DNA from: Acidobacteriota bacterium
Lineage (GTDB): Bacteria; Acidobacteriota; Terriglobia; UBA7540
Length of the DNA: 24,000 bases
Reading direction: 5' to 3'
Assembly (NCBI GenBank): GCA_016202975.1
Contig: JACQNR010000116.1
Location: 1 to 24,000 of the forward strand
The notes below the pieces were generated by a model. The model was not told the DNA's origin. It ran no database searches and worked only from the letters and a program-made list of their open reading frames with translations. The first letter of the stretch is position 1, and each line of letters opens with the position of its first letter. Positions 15,077-22,672 of the stretch are shown here, piece after piece. The position numbers were made by a program, and so were the translations under genes.

Positions 15077-16393
15077 TTATTCCTGCAGAATATCCGAGGC
15101 CGCAATCTTCCGGGGCCGTCGCTTCCACCAAAAGTAAGGCTTAGCCAGTTGCCGGGCGGCCGCTAACTTCATGCTGTACCACCGTGCACCCCAGTTACGT
15201 GGCGCCAGATAGCGCGTGTCACCCGGCTGGACGATCAGGCTTACTTCGATATTGGGTGTGACATCAATCGGGATATTGTTTTTCCGGCACGCTTCGTAGA
15301 GGTGGCGGAAGACGATCACCATGTCCTCGTAGTGCGGTGGCGGCCAGTGCTCCATGTCGGCGCCTAGAGTGGGGCGAAAGATACAAACGGTTGGAAACGC
15401 GCCGAGGCTGGTAATGTAATCGATGCCTTTAAGCGTGTCTTCGATGGGCTCAACGCCGGCAATGATTTCGCCCGAGCACGCGCCCTTGCCGAGTTTGTTA
15501 GAAGTGTATTCGAGTGCCCGAAAGAAGGTCTTTTGCCCAACCAGTTTCTCCTTCCCCGGCAGAACTTTTGCGAAGAAGTCAGGGTTATGGAACTCGTAAC
15601 AGAAACTGAAGTGATCCGCCCCCAGGTCCATCAAGCGGTGGTATTTCCAAAAGTCAAGGGTGGGGATCAATTGCACCCCAATGAGCGCCCCCACGCGCGA
15701 TTTGACCGCTTTAACATAGGGCGCGGCCACGTCGAGATCGCGGTCGGTCTGGTAGCCCGAGTTGAAGTGCACGAAGGTGAGGTCGGATTCCTCTTTCGCC
15801 GCCCGGCAGACCTCCACGACATCCTGGATATCTTTCACGGCAACTTCATTTACTCCGACGTTCAATCCCGTCGCGCAAAATCGGCAGTTGAGCGCGGGCG
15901 AGTGATACCAGAAGCCGCAGGAATTTGAAATGTAGATGCCGAGGTAGGTTCCCTGCAGGACGCCAACTTTATGCATGGGTGTGCCGCGCGAAGTTGTGCG
16001 CGTGTACCACGCGGGTTCCGGCGGAATACGAATGGAATAAGCGTGCCCAGTGCGATCATCCGTCACCGAGTATTTGCCCGAGTCGAGCCCCAGCCAATAG
16101 CACGATTGCTGCGCAAAGTCTTCCTCGACAGGGACGTTGACCCAAACGTCTTTGATCGCCCCCGGAATCACGATCTCGAGCCCGCTGCCGAGCCCGGCGC
16201 GGGTCCGGGAAATAAATCGCGCGTCCTGCTCGAGCGCGCAGGAAGGATCGATGCGCATGCCCTTGCAGAAGAGATCGATCTCAAGTTCGCAAGGGTTGAG
16301 TGGAGTTGCGCCCGCCGCAGGCGCTGGAATGGATAGAGCGCGCGTAACGCTCGATTCGAGCGGCGGTACGAGACTCTGTCCGACGGAGGCCAT
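15077..16393 (-). CDS. Radical-SAM-like Fe-S enzyme with non-canonical CX10CX2C cluster motif and a ~150-aa N-terminal extra domain
   Basis: ...VLQGTYLGIYISNSCGFWYHSPALNCRFCATGLNVG... has Cys159, Cys170 and Cys173, encoded at 15875..15919. Later TIM-barrel-like elements are FVHFNSGY, GVQLIP, GADHFSFCYEF, ACSGEIIAGVEPIEDTLKGIDYITSLGAFPTVCIFRPTLG. The start was chosen at ATG 16393, which is preceded by GGAGGA (ggcGGAGGAagccaATG). The track ORF reaches 16750, but those extra 119 codons look non-protein-like. Confidence 0.7.
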   Translation of the reverse strand: MASVGQSLVPPLESSVTRALSIPAPAAGATPLNPCELEIDLFCKGMRIDPSCALEQDARFISRTRAGLGSGLEIVIPGAIKDVWVNVPVEEDFAQQSCYWLGLDSGKYSVTDDRTGHAYSIRIPPEPAWYTRTTSRGTPMHKVGVLQGTYLGIYISNSCGFWYHSPALNCRFCATGLNVGVNEVAVKDIQDVVEVCRAAKEESDLTFVHFNSGYQTDRDLDVAAPYVKAVKSRVGALIGVQLIPTLDFWKYHRLMDLGADHFSFCYEFHNPDFFAKVLPGKEKLVGQKTFFRALEYTSNKLGKGACSGEIIAGVEPIEDTLKGIDYITSLGAFPTVCIFRPTLGADMEHWPPPHYEDMVIVFRHLYEACRKNNIPIDVTPNIEVSLIVQPGDTRYLAPRNWGARWYSMKLAAARQLAKPYFWWKRRPRKIAASDILQE

Positions 16394-16828
16394 TGGCTTC
16401 CTCCGCCCCATCATCTTCCACCCGCGGCGCGCCGTCAACCCCAAAGCAACGCCGATTTGGTGGGGCGAGATATTAGTCAAGAACAAACCACGCGGTTTGC
16501 CAAGTGCTCCCGCCGCGGGTGCGGAGCTTAACTTCCGAGTGCATCCGACCGAATTCCGGCACCCAGGTCGTGGCGTAACGCGCCGCGAGATCTCGGGCGA
16601 GTGAAGTTTTGCCGGCAGATTCTGTTCCGACGATTCATGCAGGCACAGGTTGGCGTCAGGCCCGAGGCCGGTTGTTGAGATTTTGTTAAATTCTTGAGCG
16701 ATGAACTTGGGAGGAAAAGAGGATTGGAGGAATGAATGCAAGAAATCCATGGTGGGAGACTAAGGTTTTTCAATTACTTTCTTCAGCGACGCTTTAGATT
16801 AGATGTCTTGGAGCGGATAGGTAAAAAA

Positions 16829-16844
16829 TTTCCCCGTGGGGAAA
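16829..16844. promoter_or_regulatory. 7-2-7 inverted repeat TTTCCCC-GT-GGGGAAA in an AT-rich intergenic region (operator-like)
   Basis: Read directly from aaaaaaTTTCCCCGTGGGGAAAgttt. The loop is too short for a stable RNA hairpin, so a dimeric protein binding site is more plausible. Confidence 0.35.
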
Positions 16845-16882
16845 GTTTACGCGCTCTATCATGAAAAGCCTGAATCCACTTT

Positions 16883-16913
16883 TTGACATGACTCACGTGA
16901 GCCTTGGTAAATT
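16883..16913 (+). promoter_or_regulatory. Promoter-like element with an embedded perfect 10-bp palindrome
   Basis: TTGACA (16883..16888), a 19-nt spacer, then TGgTAAATT (-10-like TAAATT at 16908..16913). The spacer contains the perfect palindrome CTCACGTGAG (16892..16901). The spacer is longer than optimal, and no convincing plus-strand gene follows directly. Confidence 0.2.
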
Positions 16914-17057
16914 CACAAAATAAAGGAGAAACAAAACACCGCCGTCGCCCCGCTTTTGGTGCGATACGTGCATGACCCTTGGGTCAGTACGAACAGGACT
17001 AGATGGCGCTTGGCTAAACGCACTAAAGTCGGGAGCAAGCGAAAAATGTCTCCTTGG

Positions 17058-17237
17058 TCAAGAAAATCCAGTCGCCAGCGGACTCATGACCGGTCCAAAT
17101 CGGCTCCGACAATTTCCACGCGCAAGCGAAAGTCCCTCGGCGACATCGTTTTCATTTCTGACCCGCACCTGCTCAAAAAATACCCCTGGCTCCTCGCCTG
17201 CAGCAATATCAGATTTGACCGCTAGCCGCGCCGTCAT
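17058..17237 (-). CDS. Possible small ORF (59 aa) or gene remnant; coding status and strand unresolved
   Basis: It falls below the track size cutoff. ATG 17237 is preceded by GGAGGAG (17251..17245) 7 nt upstream. Translation: MTARLAVKSDIAAGEEPGVFFEQVRVRNENDVAEGLSLARGNCRSRFGPVMSPLATGFS*. It is fully antisense to the 3' part of + ORF 16956..17225, which contains a metallophosphoesterase-like GDIVFISDPHL string. Neither strand is convincing. Confidence 0.2.
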   Translation of the reverse strand: MTARLAVKSDIAAGEEPGVFFEQVRVRNENDVAEGLSLARGNCRSRFGPVMSPLATGFS

Positions 17238-17362
17238 TCACAATCTCCTCCAAATTTCAATCGCCTTCTTGGGTCATGAAATCTCGCCCTTGGCCGCGGG
17301 CCGTTTGAGCCAGAAACGTCAGTCGTGAGGGTGCTTTTTCGCTCCGTCTCGAATTGAGGTTG

Positions 17363-17368
17363 TATAAT
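17363..17368 (+). promoter_or_regulatory. Candidate -10 box (perfect TATAAT, with TG just upstream) for the FG-GAP/ASPIC gene
   Basis: ggtTGTATAATttgag lies 48 nt upstream of ATG 17416. There is no good -35, so an extended -10 type promoter is possible. Confidence 0.3.
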
Positions 17369-17415
17369 TTGAGTTTGGCCATTGGAACGGATTTGGGACT
17401 TACCAGCAAGCCAAA

Positions 17416-20400
17416 ATGGGGGCGAGAAGCCGAATGAGCCGAACCATGGCACGAGTGCTCCGTATTATTCTCTTGATCTTGCTAGCGTTTGGCGCATGCC
17501 TTGTTTTCCCGCGGCGTGCGACCGAAGCAGAGGAGCCGGCCTTCATGGCGGACGCCGGACTCCTCGCGCAACCCCAGGATCCTAAAGCTCCGAGGGCAAC
17601 GTCTCCCAGGGGGGCGAAACGGGCCGCGGCACCCGCCCGCAAAACCTCCTCCTCCGTCCAGTCGCTTCGGAATATTGGCAAGGCGTATTACGAACAGGCC
17701 AAGTACGTTGAAGCGATTGAGGAATTCAAGAAGGTGATTGCCTCGGGTAGCGCCGTGGCCACCGACCATCTGAACCTAGGCCTTGCACTCATGCAGGCTG
17801 GCAAGCTCAACGACGCCCTTGCTTCTTTCACTACCGCCAAACAGATCGATCCCAAGCTCGTGCCCGTCGACTACAACCTCGGAATTCTCTACAAACGCGA
17901 GCTGCGGTATCCGGACGCGGAGGCTTCGCTGCGACGCGTGATCGAGGCTGACCCGCGCGATCCGGCTGCGTGGTTCAACCTGGGGACGGTCTACTTCGCT
18001 CAACGCAAACTCGAGGAGGCACTTCAAGCGCACGGGCACGTGGTCGAGATGGGATTCGGACAAGGTCAGAATTTCTACGTCGCGTCGCTGTTTCATTCTT
18101 TCACGACGCTGGTCCGCCTGAAGCGCCAGGAAGAAGCACAAAAATTTCTCAAGATGCATGAATCGATGCGCGATGCCGTCCCGGGAATCTCCCTCCAGAA
18201 TTCCGCCCTGGAAGGCGGCAAGTACGGTGCCGTGCTTGTGCCGTCATCGCCGCTTACAACGGTGGCGCGCCGCGCGGCCACCGCCAATGTCAGCTTCTCC
18301 GACGTCACGGCCCGGTTGGGCATTGCGGCGCCCGCTCCGTCGGCCAGCCTGCGTCCCGAGGCCCTCCCCGGCGTCAAGAGCGATGGGTTTTCGCTTGAAT
18401 ACGCACGCCGGGAACTGCAGCCCCGTTTTGGCCCCTACCTCGCGGTGGGCGACCTCAATCAGGACGGCCAGCCGGATATGTACATCGCGAATCCCGCCGG
18501 CGGCAGCCGCCTTTACCAGAACAATGGTGATGGGTCCTTTACCGACGTGACGGAGAAATTTGGACTGCCCGAATCCGAGGCGGCATTTTCAGCGGTCTTT
18601 GTGGATCACAACAACGGCGCATGCACGAGCCTGCTGGTTACGGGCGACAGCGGCGTTCACCTCTATCGAGCCAAGGGCGATGGCAACGGTAAGTGTGACG
18701 GCGTTTTTGTGGACGACACGGACCGAGCCGGTCTGCGAGGCAAGCCGGGCGAGCTCACCACGGCCGCGGCGTTCTTTGACGGCGACAACGACGGCTTTCT
18801 GGACCTGCTTGTCGCGCGCTATGCGGACTTGAATTCGCTGCCGCACCACGATCCTTTCACATTTCCGAACGACTTCCAGGGCGGGGGCGTCCGCTTTTAT
18901 CGCAACAATGCGGACGGGACCTTCACCGACCGGACTTCACACTCCGGCTTCGGCAGTGTACCCGGCAGGGTACGCAAGATTCTATTCGGCGACTTCGATA
19001 ACGACGGGTACACGGACGCCGTTATTCTTCGCGACGACGCCGCACCCCTCATTTATTTCGGCAAGGGAGAGTGCCGCTTCGTAAACCGGACCGCTGAAAC
19101 TGGAAATGATTTCGTGCAGACGGTCGCGGTGGACGGGGCCGTGACGGACTTCAACCACGACGGCTATTTCGACCTCGCGCTGTGGTCGCCGGCTGGGTAT
19201 CAAGTGTTGATCAACCGCGGCGGAGGCCGATTTGCCGAGGAGAAGGGACTACCGTCCATTACGCCGCCCATTGGCGTATTCGCTTTCCGAGGGACGGTGG
19301 CGGATGTGGATGGAGACAGCTTTGATGATCTTATTCTGGTGGATTCCGACGGCAAGTGGCATTGGCTCGCCAATCGTGCGGGAAAATTCCGGGAAGAGGA
19401 ATTGACGCTGCCCGAAGGGAAGACGGGCTCTCTGGGGGCGTTTCGCGCTACCTGGCTTTCCACGGCGGGAAAATTGAACCTTGTCGCAGTCGCGCGCGCG
19501 GGGAACGTCACCGCATTTGAAAAAGATGGCCCTGCATCGCGCTGGCTTGAAGTCAGAATGACCGGCTTCAAGAGCAATACGCTTGGAATTGGGAGCGTCG
19601 TCGAGCTGAAGGCCGGGAATTTCTACAACAAACTTCTCGTCAACGGCGACCGCGTTCGAGTCTATACGGGTGACTTGCCGAGGCTCGACGTGGTGCGTGT
19701 CACGTGGCCCAACGCCGTCGTGCAGAACTGGGTCAACGTTTCGACTGACAAGCCCATGGAAGTGCGCGAGTCGGAGCGCCTGGCAAGTTCCTGCCCGTTC
19801 CTCTATGTGTGGAATGGGAGGGAGTTTGAGTATGTCACCGACGTGCTGGGCGTGGCGCCGCTCGGGCATCTGCTTCCCAGCGGCGGCTATGTTCGGCCGA
19901 ACCCCGAGGAACTTGTGCGGCTCGGTGACCAGCTCCAACCGCGAAACGGCCGCTACGTATTTCAGTTGACCGATGAGTTGCGTGAAGTCGACTACTTCGA
20001 CCAGGTGCGCTTGCTCGCCGTGGACCATCCCGCATCCGAGGAAGTCTACTCGAACGAAGTGTTCCTCGAGTCGCTCGGCTCGCCTACTCTTCACACTGTG
20101 AAGCAACACCGGGCGCCGGGCGCCGCGCGCGATCAGGATGGTCGTGACGTGCTGCCGCTCGTCCGAACCGCGGATAAGGCTTACGTCTCAGGTTTCCGCC
20201 GGCTCGGCATCCCGGGGCTCGCCAGTGAACACGCACTAGAACTCGACCTTGGCAAACTCGACCCTGCCGCTCCTGTCGCCCTCTATCTGCGAGGCTGGGT
20301 CTACTGGACGGATTCGAATTCGCACCGGGCGCTCGTTTCCAATCGATCCACGATACTCACCCCGCCTTACCTCCAGGTGCGCGACGTTTCTGGAGCGTGG

Positions 20401-21063
20401 AAGACCGTCATTGAAGATATGGGCGTTCCGAGCGGCACAGACCGTACGATGCGAGTCGATCTCAGGGGGAAATTCCTCAGCGACCGGCGCGAGGTGCGCA
20501 TCGTGACCAACATGTGTGTTTACTGGGACGAGGCATTCTTCACGACCGAAGAAGGCGCGGCGCCCGCGACGTTCGAATTGCCGCTTGTCTCCGCCGACCT
20601 GCACTATCGGGGCTTTTCCACCCCAGAACTCGACCCTCAAGGGGTAAAGCCCGAGCACTTCGATTACTCGAAGGTGTTGGCCGAGGCGCCATGGAATCCC
20701 ATGATCGGGAATTACACGCGCTATGGCGATGTTCACAACCTGCTGGGAAAAGCGGACGACCATCTGGTGGTGATGGCGACGGGCGACGAAATAACTGTGG
20801 AGTTCGACGCCGGGCATCTACCCCCGCTTCAGCCCGGATGGAAACGAACATACTTCTTGTACACGCACGGCTGGGCGAAGGACGGCGAACCGAACACCGC
20901 GTATTCCAAGACCGTCGCGCCGCTTCCGTTCCGCCGCATGTCGGGCTACCCGCAGACTTCGGGAGACCTAGGGCCCGACGCTCCGGATTATCGGGAATAT
21001 TTGAGGGAGTACCAGACAAGGCGCCGGTACGAATTGATTCCATCACTCGCGCCCGTGCAGTAG
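17416..21063 (+). CDS. Large secreted TPR + FG-GAP/VCBS repeat + ASPIC/UnbV-domain protein (CRTAC1-like family)
   Basis: The N-terminal signal or anchor is MSRTMARVLRIILLILLAFGACLVF. TPR units follow (IGKAYYEQAKYVEAIEEFKKVI..., NLGILYKRELRYPDAEASLRRVIEADP...). At least five Ca-binding FG-GAP motifs are present: GDLNQDGQPDMYIAN, FFDGDNDGFLDLLVA, GDFDNDGYTDAVIL, TDFNHDGYFDLALW, ADVDGDSFDDLILV. The ASPIC/UnbV-like segment is RWLEVRMTGFKSNTLGIGSVVELKAG. Alternative starts are ATG 17434 and 17446. Confidence 0.88.
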   Translation: MGARSRMSRTMARVLRIILLILLAFGACLVFPRRATEAEEPAFMADAGLLAQPQDPKAPRATSPRGAKRAAAPARKTSSSVQSLRNIGKAYYEQAKYVEAIEEFKKVIASGSAVATDHLNLGLALMQAGKLNDALASFTTAKQIDPKLVPVDYNLGILYKRELRYPDAEASLRRVIEADPRDPAAWFNLGTVYFAQRKLEEALQAHGHVVEMGFGQGQNFYVASLFHSFTTLVRLKRQEEAQKFLKMHESMRDAVPGISLQNSALEGGKYGAVLVPSSPLTTVARRAATANVSFSDVTARLGIAAPAPSASLRPEALPGVKSDGFSLEYARRELQPRFGPYLAVGDLNQDGQPDMYIANPAGGSRLYQNNGDGSFTDVTEKFGLPESEAAFSAVFVDHNNGACTSLLVTGDSGVHLYRAKGDGNGKCDGVFVDDTDRAGLRGKPGELTTAAAFFDGDNDGFLDLLVARYADLNSLPHHDPFTFPNDFQGGGVRFYRNNADGTFTDRTSHSGFGSVPGRVRKILFGDFDNDGYTDAVILRDDAAPLIYFGKGECRFVNRTAETGNDFVQTVAVDGAVTDFNHDGYFDLALWSPAGYQVLINRGGGRFAEEKGLPSITPPIGVFAFRGTVADVDGDSFDDLILVDSDGKWHWLANRAGKFREEELTLPEGKTGSLGAFRATWLSTAGKLNLVAVARAGNVTAFEKDGPASRWLEVRMTGFKSNTLGIGSVVELKAGNFYNKLLVNGDRVRVYTGDLPRLDVVRVTWPNAVVQNWVNVSTDKPMEVRESERLASSCPFLYVWNGREFEYVTDVLGVAPLGHLLPSGGYVRPNPEELVRLGDQLQPRNGRYVFQLTDELREVDYFDQVRLLAVDHPASEEVYSNEVFLESLGSPTLHTVKQHRAPGAARDQDGRDVLPLVRTADKAYVSGFRRLGIPGLASEHALELDLGKLDPAAPVALYLRGWVYWTDSNSHRALVSNRSTILTPPYLQVRDVSGAWKTVIEDMGVPSGTDRTMRVDLRGKFLSDRREVRIVTNMCVYWDEAFFTTEEGAAPATFELPLVSADLHYRGFSTPELDPQGVKPEHFDYSKVLAEAPWNPMIGNYTRYGDVHNLLGKADDHLVVMATGDEITVEFDAGHLPPLQPGWKRTYFLYTHGWAKDGEPNTAYSKTVAPLPFRRMSGYPQTSGDLGPDAPDYREYLREYQTRRRYELIPSLAPVQ

Positions 21064-21096
21064 GACAGGTCCGGGTCGATTTCATCCCCCGCCCGG

Positions 21097-21125
21097 TTGA
21101 GGTGCGCCTCCGACGGGCATATACT
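21097..21125 (+). promoter_or_regulatory. Candidate sigma70-type promoter upstream of the decayed molybdoenzyme/fdhD locus
   Basis: TTGAGG (21097..21102), a 17-nt spacer, then TATACT (21120..21125). Pattern match only. Confidence 0.25.
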
Positions 21126-21164
21126 TTCCATGCTACAGGGCTGCGTTGCTCAATTTCGATTGGA

Positions 21165-22096
21165 TTGAATGTCCGCCAATATGGCGGTGGGGTGTACTTT
21201 AGTCAGAAACTGTCGGAACCCACATCCAAGAAGAACCGCAACTGCATCAGCCTCGTCCCGTGTGGCATAAACCGCCTGCAGCCCTATCACTTTCTCGAAA
21301 TTCCCAGTGTGGCGTGGGAGAATCATGACAGTCTGGATTACGCTTGGCGGATTCTTCGCGACGGCTGCTGGGACGGCTGCGCCCCAGGCACGAAAGGCAT
21401 GGGCGATTGGACGATGGAAGGTGCTCACCTGTGCGAAGTGCGGCTGCAGCTGATGCGTTACAACACTATGCCGGCGATGGACTGGCGCCTGCTGGAAGAT
21501 GCCGATGCTCTGCGCGGCATGACGGAGTGGCAGGTCCGAAAGCGGGGCGGCTCGCGGTGCCCGTGGTCCGGCGGCGGGGCGACGCAGGATTCAGTCGCGT
21601 TTCGTGGGATGAGGCGAGCGTACTCGTGGCGCGTGACCTTCGGACCATCGATCCCCGGCGCCTCGGCTGGTTTCGCACTTCCCGTGGGCTGACTAAAGAA
21701 GCCTATTACGCGCATCAAAAAGTAGCGCGCTTTCTCGGCACCAATCACATCGACACGAGCTCGCGCATCTGCAACGGGCACAGCGCCACGGGCCTCAAGG
21801 CGACGATTGGCATCGCCGCGACGACATGTTGATTTCGGCAGAGGATGCGCCGCGCTAGGGGCTTCGGAACGGGCAAGTCATCACGCTGCGGAATGAGGTG
21901 GGAGAATTTCGCGGACGCGCGCGGATCCACCGAATCAAGCCCGGATGCCTGCAGGGACACCGGCCAGAGGTCAATTGCTTGATCCCTTCCGGTGTCCTCG
22001 ACCCCAGCGGCGTTCCCGATTACAACACGACCGTGGAAATTGTGACGGGGCGCTCACCGGCGGGAAAGACTGACAGACCCGAGGAGGTCCGGGAAA
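21165..22096 (+). pseudogene. Molybdopterin oxidoreductase (FdhF/YdeP-like) remnant: frameshifted and missing most of its core
   Basis: Homologous pieces lie in three frames. (a) ~21165..21542: ...AWRILRDGCWDGCAPGTKGMGDWTMEGAHLCEVRLQLMRYNTMPAMDWRLLEDADALRGMTEWQVRK. (b) 21542..21832: GRLAVPVVRRRGDAGFSRVSWDEASVLVARDLRTIDPRRLGWFRTSRGLTKEAYYAHQKVARFLGTNHIDTSSRICNGHSATGLKATIGIAATTC, then TGA. (c) 21859..~22060: GLRNGQVITLRNEVGEFRGRARIHRIKPGCLQGHRPEVNCLIPSGVLDPSGVPDYNTTVEIV, the C-terminal molybdopterin-dinucleotide-binding domain. Only about 280 residues of a family that is normally ~750 aa remain. Confidence 0.75.
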
Positions 22097-22655
22097 GTGT
22101 TGCGGCGACCCAAAAGACTCGCGCCCAGCAGCGTCTCGGAATGGTCCGAGGGATGCATGGTCCGTCGCGAGGATTCGCCCGCCGCCGAGGAACCACTCGA
22201 AATCCGCCTGGGCAAGACTCCTTTTTTGACTGTGACCATGCGCGCCCCGGGCGATGATCTGGAACTTGCCGCTGGATTGCGCTTCACCGAGGGCATCATT
22301 CGCTGCCCGGAAGATATTGTTTCGATTCGGCACAGCGACGGAAACGGAAAAGGCCACGGCAAAAACGTGGTCCACGTGGACCTCGCCCCGGGAGTTCAAT
22401 TGGACGAGGACCGCGCCCGGCGGAATTTTGCCGCCACGTCGGGCTGCGGACTTTGCGGCAAGACGACGATCGAATCGATTCGCGCACGCGGCGTACGCCC
22501 TCTGCATGCGGATCACACATCCCCCAGTGCTAACCGCGGCCGAGCGGCGACCGTAACCTCCCACTTTTCGGCCACAGATGCGGGAGTCATTTGTCTGCCG
22601 GGGGGGTCACGACTTGTCGGGTTCCTACGATGCAGGGCTAAGCGGCAGGCAGCAC
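22097..22655 (+). pseudogene. fdhD: Formate dehydrogenase accessory sulfurtransferase FdhD, frameshifted and 3'-truncated
   Basis: GTG 22097 is preceded by GAGGAGG (22081..22087). The first ~140 codons are good FdhD: ...AAEEPLEIRLGKTPFLTVTMRAPGDDLELAAGLRFTEGIIRCPEDIVSI...NVVHVDL...RNFAATSGCGLCGKTTIESI.... After ~22510 similarity continues only weakly in another frame (...PPVLTAAERRP*PPTFRPQMRESFVCRGGHDLSGSYDAG...). The conserved C-terminal half (EDVGRHNA...) is absent. The rest of track ORF 22097..23029 is antisense to the SYLF gene. Confidence 0.7.
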
Positions 22656-22672
22656 AAAGTTCCATCCTCCCT

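Noticed and set aside
16394-16750. 119-codon N-terminal extension of the radical-SAM-like ORF, and a possible riboswitch in the same stretch
   Set aside because: The extension (MDFLHSFLQSSFPPKF...RRGWKMMGRRKP) has no protein-like pattern. The ATG at 16393 has a strong GGAGGA Shine-Dalgarno sequence. I looked for SAM and cobalamin riboswitch cores. GGTGCCGGAATTCGGTCGG loosely resembles the B12 core, but no B12 box (GCCACTG-like) or convincing pairing scheme is present.
17100-17160. GAAAGTCC string reminiscent of the RNase P RNA core; also checked for tmRNA, SRP or 6S RNA in the 1-kb spacer
   Set aside because: This is only a short isolated match. None of the other universally conserved RNase P, tmRNA or SRP sequence blocks are present nearby.
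19249-20817. Minus-strand ORFs 19249..20109 (286 aa) and 20236..20817 (193 aa)
   Set aside because: Both lie antisense within the FG-GAP/ASPIC gene and have no motifs. They are GC-rich shadow frames.
20514-21164. 5' two-thirds of the 392-aa + ORF 20514..21692
   Set aside because: This part is an out-of-frame overlap with the 3' end of the FG-GAP/ASPIC gene, which ends at 21063. Only the portion from ~21165 onward shows molybdoenzyme similarity and is counted as part of the pseudogene.
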